Source: a bacterium (lineage in GTDB: Bacteria > UBA8248). From it: a stretch of DNA of 64,000 nt. Both the position numbers and the translations under genes were made by a program. Below are positions 19,277 to 31,695 of the stretch, one piece after another. The DNA is taken from NCBI GenBank assembly GCA_963692865.2, contig OY843592.1, positions 3,072,001 through 3,136,000 on the forward strand. The letters are read 5' to 3'. Under the pieces are notes generated by a model. That model searched no databases. It saw only the letters and a list, made by a program, of their open reading frames with translations, and was not told where the DNA came from. Each line of letters starts with the position of its first letter. Within the stretch, counting starts at the first letter, position 1.

Positions 19277-21313
19277 TCAGAGGATGTCTTTCGTCCGCTC
19301 GGCGATGCGCTCCGGCGTGAGGCCGAAATGCGCATAAATTTCCTTGTAAGGCGCGCTGGCGCCGAAGCGATCGATTCCGAGCACGGCGCCGTCCTCCCCC
19401 ACCCATTCGCGCCAGCCCATGGTGGCGCCCGCCTCAACCGCCACCCTCGCCTTCACTCCCGCCGGAAGAACGGAATCGCGATAGGCGGGAGATTGCTCCC
19501 GAAAAAGCTCCCAACTCGGCATGCTCACGACCCGGGCGTCTATTCCATCCATCGCCAACATACTTTGCGCCTCCACCGTGAGATGCACCTCCGAGCCGGT
19601 GGCGACCAACACGGCCCGGGGAGAACTCCCCTTTTCCGGTGAGATGACGTAGGCCCCCCGCGCCAGCGCATCCGCTCCGTTTTCCGCCGAACGCTCCAGG
19701 ACGGGCAGGCCCTGCCGGGTCAACACGAGCATGGTCGGGCCTTCGAGGCGCTCGACCGCCACCCGCCAGGCCGTGGCGGCTTCATTCGCGTCGCATGGGC
19801 GTATGACGACGATGCCCGGCATGGCGCGAAGAGAGGCGAGGTGCTCGATCGGCTGGTGGGTGGGACCATCCTCGCCCAAGCCGATGGAGTCGTGCGTCAT
19901 CACGTAGATGACGGGCAATTCCATCAGCGCCGCGAGTCTTATGGCCGGCCGGGCGTAATCGGTGAACGTGAAGAAGGTGGCCGCATACGGGCGAACTCCA
20001 CCATGCAGGGCCATCCCCGAGCAGGCTGCTCCCATGGCGTGTTCTCGGATTCCCCAGTGGATGTTGCGGTTGGCGTAATCTCCTCTGGCGAAATTTCCCG
20101 ATTCTTTGATGAGCGAATTGTTGGAAGCCGCCAAGTCCGCGCTCCCGCCGACAAGCCAAGGAATGGCGGAGGCGATTTCATTCAGCACCTGGCCGGACGC
20201 CGCCCGCGTGGCCAGCGCCCCACCCCCGGCCTCGAAGCGGGGAATGCGGCTCTCCCAACCGGCAGGCGGTTCACCTTTAAGCGCCGCCTGAAATTTTGCG
20301 GCCAACCCCGGGTTCTCCGATTCAAATTCCGCGAACCGGCGATTCCAGTCCGCCTCCAGCGCGGCGCCTCGAGGAACCGCTTCCCCCATGTGGGCGGACA
20401 CTCCATCGGGCACCAGGAACGTCTCGCCCTCGGGCCAGCCGTAGTTCCTTTTCGTGGCTTCGACTTCTTCACTCCCCAGGGGAGCGCCATGCGCCCGCGC
20501 GGTATCCTGATATTTCGGCGAGCCATACCCGATGTGCGATCGAACGACGATCAAGGACGAGCGCTCGACCTGCGCCTTCGCCAGATTGAGCGCACCGGAA
20601 ATCCGGGATAAATCCTCCGCGCTGTCGCCGAGATTCTGCACGTGCCAGCCGTACCCCTCAAAGCGCTTCACCACGTCATCGGAATAACTGAGCGACGTTT
20701 CGCCATCGATGGTGATGCGGTTGTCGTCATATACGCATATCAACTTGCCAAGACCCAGATGCCCCGCCAAGGATGCCGCTTCATGGGAAGCGCCCTCCAT
20801 GACATCGCCGTCGCTCATGAACACGTACGTATGGTGATCCACAATCGAATGGCCTGGACGATTGAAAACGCTCGCCAAATGCGCCTCCGCCATCGCCATT
20901 CCGACCGCGTTCATGAAGCCTTGCCCGAGCGGGCCCGTGGTGGTCTCGACACCCGGCGTAAGCCTGTATTCGGGATGCCCCGGCGTCTTGCTCCCCCACT
21001 GACGAAAGCGGACGATCTCAGGGAGCGAAAGTTCATAACCGCTCAGATGGAGAATCGCATAAAGAAGCATTGAAGCATGACCACACGAGAGCACGAAGCG
21101 GTCGCGGTCAAACCAGCCGGGATTTCGGGGATTGTAGCGCAGATGGTTCGTCCACAACTCATACGCCAGCGGCGCAAGAGCCATCGGCGTGCCCGGATGG
21201 CCACTGTTCGCCTCTTGCACGGCATCCATCGAAAGCGTGCGTATGGTGTGAATCGATTGCTCGGAGATGCTGGTGCCGGAGAACATTTCTTTCTCTTTCG
21301 AAAATTTCGTCAT
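19277..21313 (-). CDS. tkt: Transketolase
   Basis: [51 protein letters not shown]. Confidence 0.97.
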   Translation of the reverse strand: MTKFSKEKEMFSGTSISEQSIHTIRTLSMDAVQEANSGHPGTPMALAPLAYELWTNHLRYNPRNPGWFDRDRFVLSCGHASMLLYAILHLSGYELSLPEIVRFRQWGSKTPGHPEYRLTPGVETTTGPLGQGFMNAVGMAMAEAHLASVFNRPGHSIVDHHTYVFMSDGDVMEGASHEAASLAGHLGLGKLICVYDDNRITIDGETSLSYSDDVVKRFEGYGWHVQNLGDSAEDLSRISGALNLAKAQVERSSLIVVRSHIGYGSPKYQDTARAHGAPLGSEEVEATKRNYGWPEGETFLVPDGVSAHMGEAVPRGAALEADWNRRFAEFESENPGLAAKFQAALKGEPPAGWESRIPRFEAGGGALATRAASGQVLNEIASAIPWLVGGSADLAASNNSLIKESGNFARGDYANRNIHWGIREHAMGAACSGMALHGGVRPYAATFFTFTDYARPAIRLAALMELPVIYVMTHDSIGLGEDGPTHQPIEHLASLRAMPGIVVIRPCDANEAATAWRVAVERLEGPTMLVLTRQGLPVLERSAENGADALARGAYVISPEKGSSPRAVLVATGSEVHLTVEAQSMLAMDGIDARVVSMPSWELFREQSPAYRDSVLPAGVKARVAVEAGATMGWREWVGEDGAVLGIDRFGASAPYKEIYAHFGLTPERIAERTKDIL

Positions 21314-21425
21314 GCCGAATATGCTCGCTTACCTAGTGAAAAAACAAAAAAGACCGCAGCAAAGGCATCATCCAGCCATCAGATACCGATACTTCAAGCA
21401 ATCCATTCAATGCGTATGGATTGGG

Positions 21426-22613
21426 TCACGCGTTGGCCTTGCGCCGCTGCAACGTTTCGAGCCAAACTTCCAAAGTTTCCACAACTCTCTGGTCAGCTAG
21501 AGGAAGAACCGGTTTCGGTCGGTCTTTATCTTTTTTCGCATCATTAGGCAACAGCGACGCGGCTGACTCTTCCACTTTTAGCTCGAGCTCCGATACTTTT
21601 TTCAATATCCAAGGGGCGTTCTCTCCCAAGGTTTGCGCCTTTAGACAGATGTCCAGCGCCTGTGCATCGTTTCCCTCTTCGACATAGAGCTCGACCATCT
21701 TTCGAAGAATGGGGACGACGACTTTTTCATCAACAACATCCTCTTCTTCTAAAACGACATTAAACTCTCGCCCCTCATTCTCGGATTCAGATACTTTGTC
21801 CGTCGAACTCGAAACATCTGTCAAGTATTCAAATTCAGATGCAGACGCTTCAACGTCCCCTTCACCTGCTTCCATATCTTCGGACGCCGCATCATCCGCC
21901 TTCGCCTCACCGGATACGTTTCCCTCACCTTTTACTTCCCCTGCTATCAAACCAAGATTTTCTCCCATCTCGGGGTATCCCGTGGGCACATCAACATCCT
22001 CATCCTGCGACATTTGTTCTCGGACAGCAGCCAATCTCTCATTCCATTCGGCTTTAGCCGGTTCAGACTCCAAAAGACGTTCGTAGACGTCCCGCGCCTT
22101 ATCCAAGTGACCTTGAGCCATATAAAGTTCAGCTAGAGCCGGCGTGGCTACTACATCCAATTCCCCTTTAGAAACAACAGGTGAGGAGCTACCAACACCG
22201 GAGTCGGTTATCGCGCTTCGGGGCGATACTTCCTCGGCCCCGAACATCTCGGCTGCCCTTAACGCAACTTGCGCGGCCTCCTCATCGCCCTTTCTCCGCC
22301 AACACTCAACTAAAAGACGTTGACCCAAAATGTTCCAGGGAGCAATTTCCAGCGCTTTTGCGACAAAACGGGTTGCTTGTTCGTGTTCATCTTTCGAGAT
22401 GAGTATTTCTCCGAGCAGAACACCTGCGGCTGCGTAGTTGGGATATGTTGCAAGTCCATTTTTCAGGAGATTTTCGGCCTGGTCTACTTCGCCTTTTTCC
22501 CATAAAAGGGATGCCAAAGGGAAAAAAACCGCTGAGGAGGGGTATTGTTGCAAACGCTCTTCCAAGGCTTTAATTCGGGCTTCTGGGTTACGCAAACGAC
22601 GTATCATTGACAT
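21426..22613 (-). CDS. Tetratricopeptide-repeat protein with acidic linker
   Basis: N-terminal TPRs, ATPALAELYMAQGH and C-terminal LEVWLETL. Confidence 0.75.
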   Translation of the reverse strand: MSMIRRLRNPEARIKALEERLQQYPSSAVFFPLASLLWEKGEVDQAENLLKNGLATYPNYAAAGVLLGEILISKDEHEQATRFVAKALEIAPWNILGQRLLVECWRRKGDEEAAQVALRAAEMFGAEEVSPRSAITDSGVGSSSPVVSKGELDVVATPALAELYMAQGHLDKARDVYERLLESEPAKAEWNERLAAVREQMSQDEDVDVPTGYPEMGENLGLIAGEVKGEGNVSGEAKADDAASEDMEAGEGDVEASASEFEYLTDVSSSTDKVSESENEGREFNVVLEEEDVVDEKVVVPILRKMVELYVEEGNDAQALDICLKAQTLGENAPWILKKVSELELKVEESAASLLPNDAKKDKDRPKPVLPLADQRVVETLEVWLETLQRRKANA

Positions 22614-22751
22614 CTAAATTCTCGGTGGGGGAATAAGGGCGCATACCCATGTTTGAACAAATTCTAACAAAGGGCACCCTGCCATGACAAAGAGTTTCGT
22701 ATCTCCTATGTCATCCAAGCTCTAATGTAAGCATGAGTTGTGGATTCTGGC

Positions 22752-23225
22752 CTATCGTTCTGAGTCGACGACAGCCAAGGCATTCACTTCGATGAGACAC
22801 CGCGAGTCGGTAGCCAGCTGAACCACCTGAACAGTGGTGGTGGTTGGCCTATTGTCTCCAAAATACTCCGCCCATACCTGATTGAGAGAATCTTGCTCCG
22901 CCAAGTCGGTTACAAATCGGTGGGCGGAGACGACATCGCTAAAATCACCGCCCACCGCTTCAAGACTTTTTTTCAAATTCTCCAACGTTGCCCGAGCCTG
23001 TCCTTCCATATCCCGGGGCATGGCGTCAAACTCTTCCGGTCGATGCGGGTGATGATGATAGACGGGCGCAGCGGTTACTCCAGCCAGAAATACGAGGCTC
23101 CCTCCAGTGACTTTGATAGCCGGCGCATAAGGCATCCACAGATCAGGAGCGTCCGGCCAATGGAGATGCTCTATTTTTTTAACCACTCCGCTCTCCTTCC
23201 ATGTATCAGACAACCCATATTCCAA
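22752..23225 (-). CDS. RidA/YjgF family protein
   Basis: VFLAG, QARATLENLKKSLEAVG, NQVWAEYFG..RP, LIEVNALAV. Confidence 0.85.
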   Translation of the reverse strand: MEYGLSDTWKESGVVKKIEHLHWPDAPDLWMPYAPAIKVTGGSLVFLAGVTAAPVYHHHPHRPEEFDAMPRDMEGQARATLENLKKSLEAVGGDFSDVVSAHRFVTDLAEQDSLNQVWAEYFGDNRPTTTTVQVVQLATDSRCLIEVNALAVVDSER

Positions 23226-23499
23226 ATACTTTCATTCAGTCCTCGAAACAACTCCTGCACCAATTGAGTAAGTGAGATAAAAAATTACCCAATCAACATT
23301 TTTGCGCTTGCAGTTTTATATCTTATCATCCGCAGGCGGGATGACGCCCCCACAACCTCTTCAAACTCAAACCTTGAAAAACGCGGTTATTCCATGCCTC
23401 GGCCTGAAACCGCAAACCCACTAAACGTATTTACCATTACAGAAATCTATTCGATAATCATTACCCGTATTTTCTTCTTCATGTCCAAAAGGATACCCT

Positions 23500-24264
23500 A
23501 TGTCTACCAAACTGCTGGCGGATAAGCGTGTCATCATCACGGGAGCATCAACCGGCATCGGAGCTGCAATCGCCCACAAATACGCCCATGCAGGGGCTCA
23601 CATATGGGGCGCAGGAGGCAGCGACCCACAAGGGCTGCGAAGCACCATCAATGCGTGTAAAAATCTCGGAGCAAACGCCGATGGAAAATGTTATGATTTG
23701 TCCGAAGCACGGCGCGCCGTTCAACTGATTCGTGATGGCGTCGAATTTCTGGGCGGGCTTGATATTTTAGTTGTTTGCGCGGGCACGCGCGCCTTCAAAC
23801 CCATCGTCGAAATCACGGATGATGAAGTCGACCTCTTGTTCGAAGTAAACGCCAAAGCCGCCTATATCGCATCCCGAGAGGCAGCGAAGGTAATGATCCC
23901 CCAACAAAGCGGTTCTATTTTAATGATCGGATCGTCCGCCGGCCATCGAGGCAGAGCCGATACGAGTCTTTATTCGGTGACCAAATCCGTGCTTCACCAT
24001 CTCACGAAATGCCTGGCCCTGGAATTGGGGCCGCTGGGAATCCGCGTGAACTGCCTGGCGCCGGGCCTCGTCGCAAGCCCGCGCGTAAAAACAAGGCTCG
24101 ATGCAAAACCTGAATATCTTCAATCCAGGCTAGAGGGCATACCACTCCACCAACTCGGCACGGTCGAAAATATGGCGGCCACAGCACTGTTTCTGGTCTC
24201 TCCTGAAAATGAATTCATGAATGGCTCAATCGTGCTTTCCGATGGAGGCGTTACGGCAGGGTAG
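23500..24264 (+). CDS. SDR family oxidoreductase
   Basis: TGASTGIG, YSVTK, IRVNCLAPG, DGG. Confidence 0.92.
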   Translation: MSTKLLADKRVIITGASTGIGAAIAHKYAHAGAHIWGAGGSDPQGLRSTINACKNLGANADGKCYDLSEARRAVQLIRDGVEFLGGLDILVVCAGTRAFKPIVEITDDEVDLLFEVNAKAAYIASREAAKVMIPQQSGSILMIGSSAGHRGRADTSLYSVTKSVLHHLTKCLALELGPLGIRVNCLAPGLVASPRVKTRLDAKPEYLQSRLEGIPLHQLGTVENMAATALFLVSPENEFMNGSIVLSDGGVTAG

Positions 24265-24269
24265 AAACC

Positions 24270-25625
24270 ATGTGTGATGTGCTATTGAGAATTTCAAGAA
24301 ATAAGTTTTCTTTTCTGATAGCTTTAGTCTGCGCCTTCACCTTCTGCCCATATAAAAATATCGCTGATGGTGAAACAACCCTAGACACCCACCAAACACT
24401 CACCGCATTGGTATCAAGCAGAACGAAGTGGTTATTGACTGCGCCCACCGAAAAAGGTTCCTTCAAGACAAAAACTACCCTGCTGGCCTTTACAATGGAT
24501 GGCGACTTTCATCCCATCACCTTCAAGAAGACAAACGGAGTATTCCGTGCGCATGTGCAAGACCATCCCACCCCCTCCGACCTGGCTGCAAATGTGCCGC
24601 CCACACAATTGCCGGACGGAAGCTTTGTCGGCGCAGGAAAAAGCGGAATGTTCATCAATGTCGACACTATCGAGCGACGCTGGTTGTTCGTTTGGCCCAG
24701 CATTCGCCCTTCAACCCTATCGAAACCTGCTGTTCTGGGCCAAGACGATGTGGCGATGGTCGGCGTGGATGGCTCCATACTTTTATTCCAAAAAAAAGAA
24801 GACAAATGGCTCCAAACCCAACTCATCAAAGCGAAAACGGCAAGAGTCCTGCCAGACGCAATCTTAACGACAGCCGATCTGGACGGAGATGGCCGAAAAG
24901 AACTCATCGCGCCCGCGGCGCCATCCAAACGTTACGGACACGCCATACTCGGGGATGACATCGAACCTACAGAAATTCACGCATACCGTTTCAACAAAAA
25001 ATCTCTCCAACTCATGGGCACATACTCCGCAGATAAGGATGGTGTTTTCGAAACCATCGGCACCCTCGTATCGGACTTGGATAAGGACGGGAAACAGGAA
25101 ATTCTCGTCACTCAAAGCAATTCCGACAATGGGGCAGCCCATCTCGTTTTGGGAATGAGGAACAAAAAACTCGCGCTCAAGGCCCGAGGAGGCGCAATCG
25201 GGTCGAAAAATCGCTGGTCGCATCTATTGGGCGCATTCAACATCGATGGCGACGCTCCCAAAGTCGTTGCCGTTGAAACACCACATCTGACAGGCTTTTT
25301 GCTGGCGCTGCGTCTTAGCGGCAAACGACTCCGAGAGCGGGCTCGTATGGCCGGTTTCACTACGCATTCGGTTGGTTCTCGAAATCTTTGGGAATTCACC
25401 TTACTGAGACGACGAGGAGTTGTAGAAATCGTGATGCAAAGGGTCGGCCGGCGGCATTTGAGCGGGCTCGCGCTCTTTGGAAATCGCTGGCACTTCAGGT
25501 GGTCGCGACCTATTCCCTCACCCGTTCACTCCAACATACTCACCGCGGATTTCAATCAAGACGCGAAAGACGACATCGCTTTCGCCGACCAATCCGGCCT
25601 CGTCCACATCTATTTATCAAAATAA
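24270..25625 (+). CDS. Exported FG-GAP/VCBS-repeat protein
   Basis: Signal-like N-terminus; ADLDGDGRKEL, DLDKDGKQEI and ADFNQDAKDDI Ca-binding FG-GAP-type motifs; RYGHAILGDDIE. Confidence 0.7.
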   Translation: MCDVLLRISRNKFSFLIALVCAFTFCPYKNIADGETTLDTHQTLTALVSSRTKWLLTAPTEKGSFKTKTTLLAFTMDGDFHPITFKKTNGVFRAHVQDHPTPSDLAANVPPTQLPDGSFVGAGKSGMFINVDTIERRWLFVWPSIRPSTLSKPAVLGQDDVAMVGVDGSILLFQKKEDKWLQTQLIKAKTARVLPDAILTTADLDGDGRKELIAPAAPSKRYGHAILGDDIEPTEIHAYRFNKKSLQLMGTYSADKDGVFETIGTLVSDLDKDGKQEILVTQSNSDNGAAHLVLGMRNKKLALKARGGAIGSKNRWSHLLGAFNIDGDAPKVVAVETPHLTGFLLALRLSGKRLRERARMAGFTTHSVGSRNLWEFTLLRRRGVVEIVMQRVGRRHLSGLALFGNRWHFRWSRPIPSPVHSNILTADFNQDAKDDIAFADQSGLVHIYLSK

Positions 25626-25723
25626 ATCCTAATCGATTCAATTTGGATACGACTATCGATTCGAACAACGCGCCATTTCTTAATTCCCACTAACCAATGG
25701 CTTTTAGAGTAGTGCACGGCACT

Positions 25724-27070
<1,347 letters not shown>

Positions 27071-27212
27071 TTAGGGTAGCCCATCTATAGTCAGGGACAA
27101 AAGGCCGGGAAGAACTTTTTTACGCCCTCATTCCATTTGATCTTCAAGACGTCGAATGATATCGGAGTAAAAACCTCTGTTCGTTTTCAAAAACCAAAAG
27201 GAAGGCCGAATT

Positions 27213-28424
27213 ATGCCGCTGACGGGTGTACGTGTATTAGACTTAAGCCGCCTGCTTCCCGGCGGACAATGCACATTGATGCTCGCCGATATGGGGGCTG
27301 ACGTCATCAAAGTAGAAGAACCGGTGCGCGGCGATTATATCCGCCTCGCGTCGCCTTTTGATGAACGTGGCGTTTCCCCCCTTCACCTTTGCTATAACCG
27401 CAATAAACGCTCCCTCGTATTAGACCTCAAAAATAAAAGAGGCGTGTCCACATTATTCAGGTTGGTGAAAGATGCAGACGTGCTTGTCGATAGCTTCAGG
27501 CCCGGTGTGATGGAGCGCCTCGGGATTGATTACCAAAAACTTAAAAAAGAGAACCCGGCCCTTGTCCATTGCGCCATCACCGGATATGGACAAGAAGGTC
27601 CGCTCGCGCGAACCCCGGGACACGACTTGAATTTCCAGTCCTTGGGCGGCGTCGTGGAACTCACCGGCGCCGCCGGGGGTTCTCCGTATGTGCCCGGGGT
27701 GCTTATCGGGGACGTGGGCGCCGGCATGTGGGCGGCCTTCGCCATACTCGCTGCCTTGCGCCTTGCCGAGCGAACAGGAGTCGGGCAATTTATCGACATT
27801 TCGATGCTCGAAACCGTAATGAGTTTCCTCTCCATCCATGGACAAACATATCTTTCTACAGACCAGTGCCCGGGGCGTGAAGAGATGCGGCACAATGGCC
27901 GAAGGCCATGTTATCGCCTCTACCCCACCAAGGACGGTCGGATGCTTTCCGTCGCGTGCTCGGAACCGAAATTTTGGGTGAATTTGTGTGAAATGATCGG
28001 GCATGATGATTTTTATGGTGACCATGGAGCCAGAGGCGAGCGGCGCAAAGAGGTAATTCGGGCACTCAATAACACTTTTCAAACCAAGACTCTCGATGAG
28101 TGGGTTGCGTTTTTTGATGGCGCGGATGTATGCGTGAGCCCTGCGCTTAACGTGAGCGAAAGTTTCGGGCACACACAGGTCAAATCAAATGGATTCGTAA
28201 GGGAATACCAACATCCCACTGAAGGAACTTATCCCGGCACGCGACCGGCACCCAAATTCTCGGACCTCCCGATAAGGGACTCCCTGCCTCCACCCCGATT
28301 GGGGGAACATTCCGTTGAAGTATTAAAGGAATACGGGTTTCAGGATGAAGAAATCGAGAGTTTGATGGCATCCGGCGCTTCCCACCGGGGCGCCGATCCT
28401 GTGGGTGAAACCATCAGTGAATAA
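27213..28424 (+). CDS. CaiB/BaiF family III CoA-transferase (AMACR-like)
   Basis: VLDLSRLLPG, LADMGADVIKVE, NRNKRS, FRPGVMERLG, GHDLNF, PPPRLGEHS. Confidence 0.93.
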   Translation: MPLTGVRVLDLSRLLPGGQCTLMLADMGADVIKVEEPVRGDYIRLASPFDERGVSPLHLCYNRNKRSLVLDLKNKRGVSTLFRLVKDADVLVDSFRPGVMERLGIDYQKLKKENPALVHCAITGYGQEGPLARTPGHDLNFQSLGGVVELTGAAGGSPYVPGVLIGDVGAGMWAAFAILAALRLAERTGVGQFIDISMLETVMSFLSIHGQTYLSTDQCPGREEMRHNGRRPCYRLYPTKDGRMLSVACSEPKFWVNLCEMIGHDDFYGDHGARGERRKEVIRALNNTFQTKTLDEWVAFFDGADVCVSPALNVSESFGHTQVKSNGFVREYQHPTEGTYPGTRPAPKFSDLPIRDSLPPPRLGEHSVEVLKEYGFQDEEIESLMASGASHRGADPVGETISE

Positions 28425-28528
28425 AACCCTTTTAATCATACAATCCAAAAAGCGCAAAATGACCAAGAATTCATCCGGCAGGGTTATGGTAAAGCGGATT
28501 AAAATAGCTTCACGAGATGAATCAGTCG

Positions 28529-28993
28529 TTATTCGCCACTGCTGCGCTCTTCTAACTTTTCCAATTCCGCTTCGAAATCTTTGAGGGTCCTGAATGAACG
28601 ATATACCGATGCGAAACGCACATAGGCCACCTCATCCACCTCCCTCAGCTCTCCCATGAGTCTTTCTCCTATTGCTTTTGTCGATATCTCTTTCTCGCCA
28701 CTATCCAGAATATAGCGCTCCACGCGGTCGACAATCGCCTCTTGATCCTCAGCGGAAACAGGCCTTTTCTCCAGCGCCTTCTTGATTCCTATGCTGATTT
28801 TGTCGCGAAGATAATTCACGCGTGTGCCATCTTTTTTAACAATGAGTGGCCAGGAGACTTCCGCCCTCTCATAGGTGGTAAAACGGTGAGCACATTTCTC
28901 ACATTCGCGTCTTCTACGAATGGAATTGCCTTCCTTGGTCGTCCGGCTGTCGACCACTTTGCTCTCAGAATGACTACAAATCGGACATTTCAT
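28529..28993 (-). CDS. nrdR: Transcriptional repressor NrdR
   Basis: MKCPIC..SKVVDSR, RRRRECEKC, RFTTYE, VAYVRFASVY. Confidence 0.97.
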   Translation of the reverse strand: MKCPICSHSESKVVDSRTTKEGNSIRRRRECEKCAHRFTTYERAEVSWPLIVKKDGTRVNYLRDKISIGIKKALEKRPVSAEDQEAIVDRVERYILDSGEKEISTKAIGERLMGELREVDEVAYVRFASVYRSFRTLKDFEAELEKLEERSSGE

Positions 28994-29017
28994 AGGAATC
29001 CGGCCCAGGCGGTAGAA

Positions 29018-29479
29018 TCATCCGGACGTTGGCTGAAGCGCATCTTCCATATCGGAAATCTTATCCAAACGTCGAGTATGACGCCCGCCTTCGAACTCTG
29101 TTTCCAACCAGATGGCCACAATTCTTTCCGCCTCCTCAGGACCCACCACCCGGCCACCCAGAGCCAAAACATTGGCGTCATTATGCAGACGACTCATCTT
29201 CGCCGCCCATTCATTGTGACAAGCAACGGCGCGAACACCCGGAAATTTATTCGCCACGATGACCATACCTCCGGCCGACCCACAACAAAGAATTCCCCTC
29301 TCGGACCTGCCTTCGCTCACCGAACGAGCGGCGGGCCCGGCATAATCCGGGTAATCACAAGATTCATTCGAGTTCGTCCCAAAATCATGATAGGGAATCG
29401 CTCTATCATCAAGCAGTTGTTTCACTGCCTCTTTGAGTTCATATCCTCCATGATCAGCTGCAAGAGCGATTTGATTCAT
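29018..29479 (-). CDS. rpiB: Ribose-5-phosphate isomerase B
   Basis: ADHGG, DYPD, CGS.GG, ANK..GVRA, HNDANVL, FEGGRH.RR. Confidence 0.95.
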   Translation of the reverse strand: MNQIALAADHGGYELKEAVKQLLDDRAIPYHDFGTNSNESCDYPDYAGPAARSVSEGRSERGILCCGSAGGMVIVANKFPGVRAVACHNEWAAKMSRLHNDANVLALGGRVVGPEEAERIVAIWLETEFEGGRHTRRLDKISDMEDALQPTSG

Positions 29480-29629
29480 CGGGATTCTCCGGGCGATGTG
29501 CGTTGGAGGGATGCAATCTTTCAAAACCTAGGTCGTAGCAAATCATAAGTCAAGCGATCACTCATTTACTCTGCCATCCAACACTGATCATCTTGCTCGC
29601 AAAAACACACCATTATGCGGCAGGAAGCA

Positions 29630-30901
29630 TCAATATGGCTTCAGTTCCGTTCCGGAAATTGATTTCCCCAAAAGAATCTTTGATGCTTCCTGTGCCGTTT
29701 TTTTGAATTCATTCTCAGCGGCCAACCTTTCTCCTTTTTCTTGCAAACATCGCGCCTCGATTAGATGCAGCGCCAGACGTACCCAAGAATCCTCACGTTC
29801 TACAGACACGGCCATGGCGGACGCCTGCTCCAAGCTTTGAGCCACTTTCTCGATTTGACCCGCCTCGAGCATCAGAGCTGCGTGCAACACGTGATGATGG
29901 ATATCCTTCTCCCTGCGCTTTCCCGCGGATTGGACATTTGCAGCGGCTCTCTTGATCGCGTTTTGTGACTCCAGAGGCCCAACTGCTAACGCCAACCTTT
30001 GCAGAAACGCCAAACCACCCAGAGCCTGATAGCCATTTTCCCAAGTCCGGAGAGCTCTCCGTTCACGACCTGCCGCTAACAGCGCATCACCCAATAACAG
30101 ATATGATTTTTTTTCTTCGGCCAGATGACGCTGAGCATGCTCCAAAAAAGGAATGGCCGCCTCCGGTTCAGAGTCGTTCAATTTCGCCTCTCCCGCAGCT
30201 AGATACACGCGGCCGGCGATTTGATTATCCGCTTGCCGATCAATATCAGACACCCCCGATTGTGAGAGTTTCTCGCAAATTTCGACGGCAGCTTCGATGC
30301 GGCCATTTTCCAAATACATATCCCTGAGTTTTCTCAACACCAAGGGGCTCGCGCCTCTTCCTCTACTGTTTTGGGCAAGCAACGCCAACGCTTCTTTCGC
30401 CCGACCTGAATGATCGAGGGTCTCCGACAAGCGAATAATGGAATCAGGTGAGTTGTTCGAAACAACACGAAGACGCTCGTTCCACTGAATGGCGTCATTG
30501 GGATTGCCGGAATCTCTCGCCAAATCAGCCGCCAGTCTCAAGGCGGGAATAAAGTAAGGATCATCCTTCAATGCGCGCCTGAGTTCCCTTCGGGCGCGCC
30601 TTTTTTTCCCTTGAATTCCAAGGTTTTGAGCCCTGGCAAATCGCTCTTGGGCACGATACAAACGTTTTTGTTTTTTTGAAGTTTTCTTGCGCGAAAACCA
30701 ACCAAGAGCGGCCTCACCCCACCCTAGGACAGATGCCAGAAACGAACCAATGAGAGCCGCTCCGAATACCACCAGAGCCATAGGAACTCGAACGGACCAA
30801 GCATTCGTAAGACGCAGGTCTATGATTTCTCGATTGTAATGAAGGAAATAGACGGCAGCCGCAATCGGAGCCGCCAGGATAAGAAGAGTCCGAATCTTCA
30901 T
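29630..30901 (-). CDS. LapA-domain/TPR membrane protein (LapA-LapB or HemY-like)
   Basis: Two N-terminal TM helices followed by multiple TPRs. Confidence 0.65.
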   Translation of the reverse strand: MKIRTLLILAAPIAAAVYFLHYNREIIDLRLTNAWSVRVPMALVVFGAALIGSFLASVLGWGEAALGWFSRKKTSKKQKRLYRAQERFARAQNLGIQGKKRRARRELRRALKDDPYFIPALRLAADLARDSGNPNDAIQWNERLRVVSNNSPDSIIRLSETLDHSGRAKEALALLAQNSRGRGASPLVLRKLRDMYLENGRIEAAVEICEKLSQSGVSDIDRQADNQIAGRVYLAAGEAKLNDSEPEAAIPFLEHAQRHLAEEKKSYLLLGDALLAAGRERRALRTWENGYQALGGLAFLQRLALAVGPLESQNAIKRAAANVQSAGKRREKDIHHHVLHAALMLEAGQIEKVAQSLEQASAMAVSVEREDSWVRLALHLIEARCLQEKGERLAAENEFKKTAQEASKILLGKSISGTELKPY

Positions 30902-30922
30902 TCGCAACTCACCGTCCGGTAT

Positions 30923-31300
30923 CTAATTATCGCCGCGCCTTTCAATTGCATTTTGAGCCGCCACTGTATAACGCGCATAGGGAATCGCTTCCAGGCGGGA
31001 ATAGGGAATCGGCTCCTCCGACTCCTCGCAAATACCATAAAGTCCTTCTTCTATCCTCTGAAATGCCGCTTCCACTTCCCGTAAACGCTCTCTCTCCCTT
31101 TCTCCCAAGTCCATTAAAACCTGACGAGAATATGTGTCGGCAGCCATGTCCGCAATATCTTGAGTCCCATCATCGCCAATTTCTTTGGTATGTATCTTAC
31201 TTTTCTCTACATCCCCAAGTATTTCACGGCGCACTTCATTCAATCTTTCTTCTAAATCTCTTAGCTGTTTTTTAGTCAAATGCTTCACTTTGAACCTCAA
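30923..31300 (-). CDS. TraR/DksA family transcriptional regulator
   Basis: DIADMA coiled-coil tip and YGICEESEEPIPYSRLEAIPYA, a one-Cys variant of the zinc finger. Confidence 0.88.
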   Translation of the reverse strand: MRFKVKHLTKKQLRDLEERLNEVRREILGDVEKSKIHTKEIGDDGTQDIADMAADTYSRQVLMDLGERERERLREVEAAFQRIEEGLYGICEESEEPIPYSRLEAIPYARYTVAAQNAIERRGDN

Positions 31301-31307
31301 CTTTCAT

Positions 31308-31631
31308 TCAGATAACCTCAGCACCGGGTACCATTGGCTTGATGATGGACGCATGGGACCATAAATCTTCGAGTCGGTAAAAATCTCGGCTCTTTTCGTT
31401 GAATATGTGGACAAGAAAATCACCACAATCCATCAACACCCAATTTCCTTCTTCCAAACCCTCCGTCAGTAATACAGTATCACCAATTTTCCTCAGCTTT
31501 TCCCTGGCCGCCTCGCAAAGCGCTTTCACATGCCGGAGACTCGTCCCGTGGCAAATCAAAAAAGCATCTACCTCTACCGATAGAGGTCGAAGGTCCAAAA
31601 GCACTACATTCATCGCTTTCTTCGCTTCCAA
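31308..31631 (-). CDS. rsfS: Ribosome silencing factor RsfS (start uncertain)
   Basis: KKA.NVVLLDL, HVKAL, EG...WVLMDCGD..VHIF, RDFYRLEDLW; located next to nadD. Confidence 0.9.
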   Translation of the reverse strand: MEAKKAMNVVLLDLRPLSVEVDAFLICHGTSLRHVKALCEAAREKLRKIGDTVLLTEGLEEGNWVLMDCGDFLVHIFNEKSRDFYRLEDLWSHASIIKPMVPGAEVI

Positions 31632-31695
31632 TGACTCATGGAGAGCATGAAGTCGATTCTCTAGTTCCTTAATGGGTCTCCATCCTCCTCAATCT

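Noticed and set aside
31631-31683. Programmed frameshift at the rsfS start (the RBS-preceded ATG at 31683 is out of frame and stops after four codons)
   Set aside because: No slippery site seen; a single-base indel, sequencing error or alternative TTG/ATT start explains it equally well.
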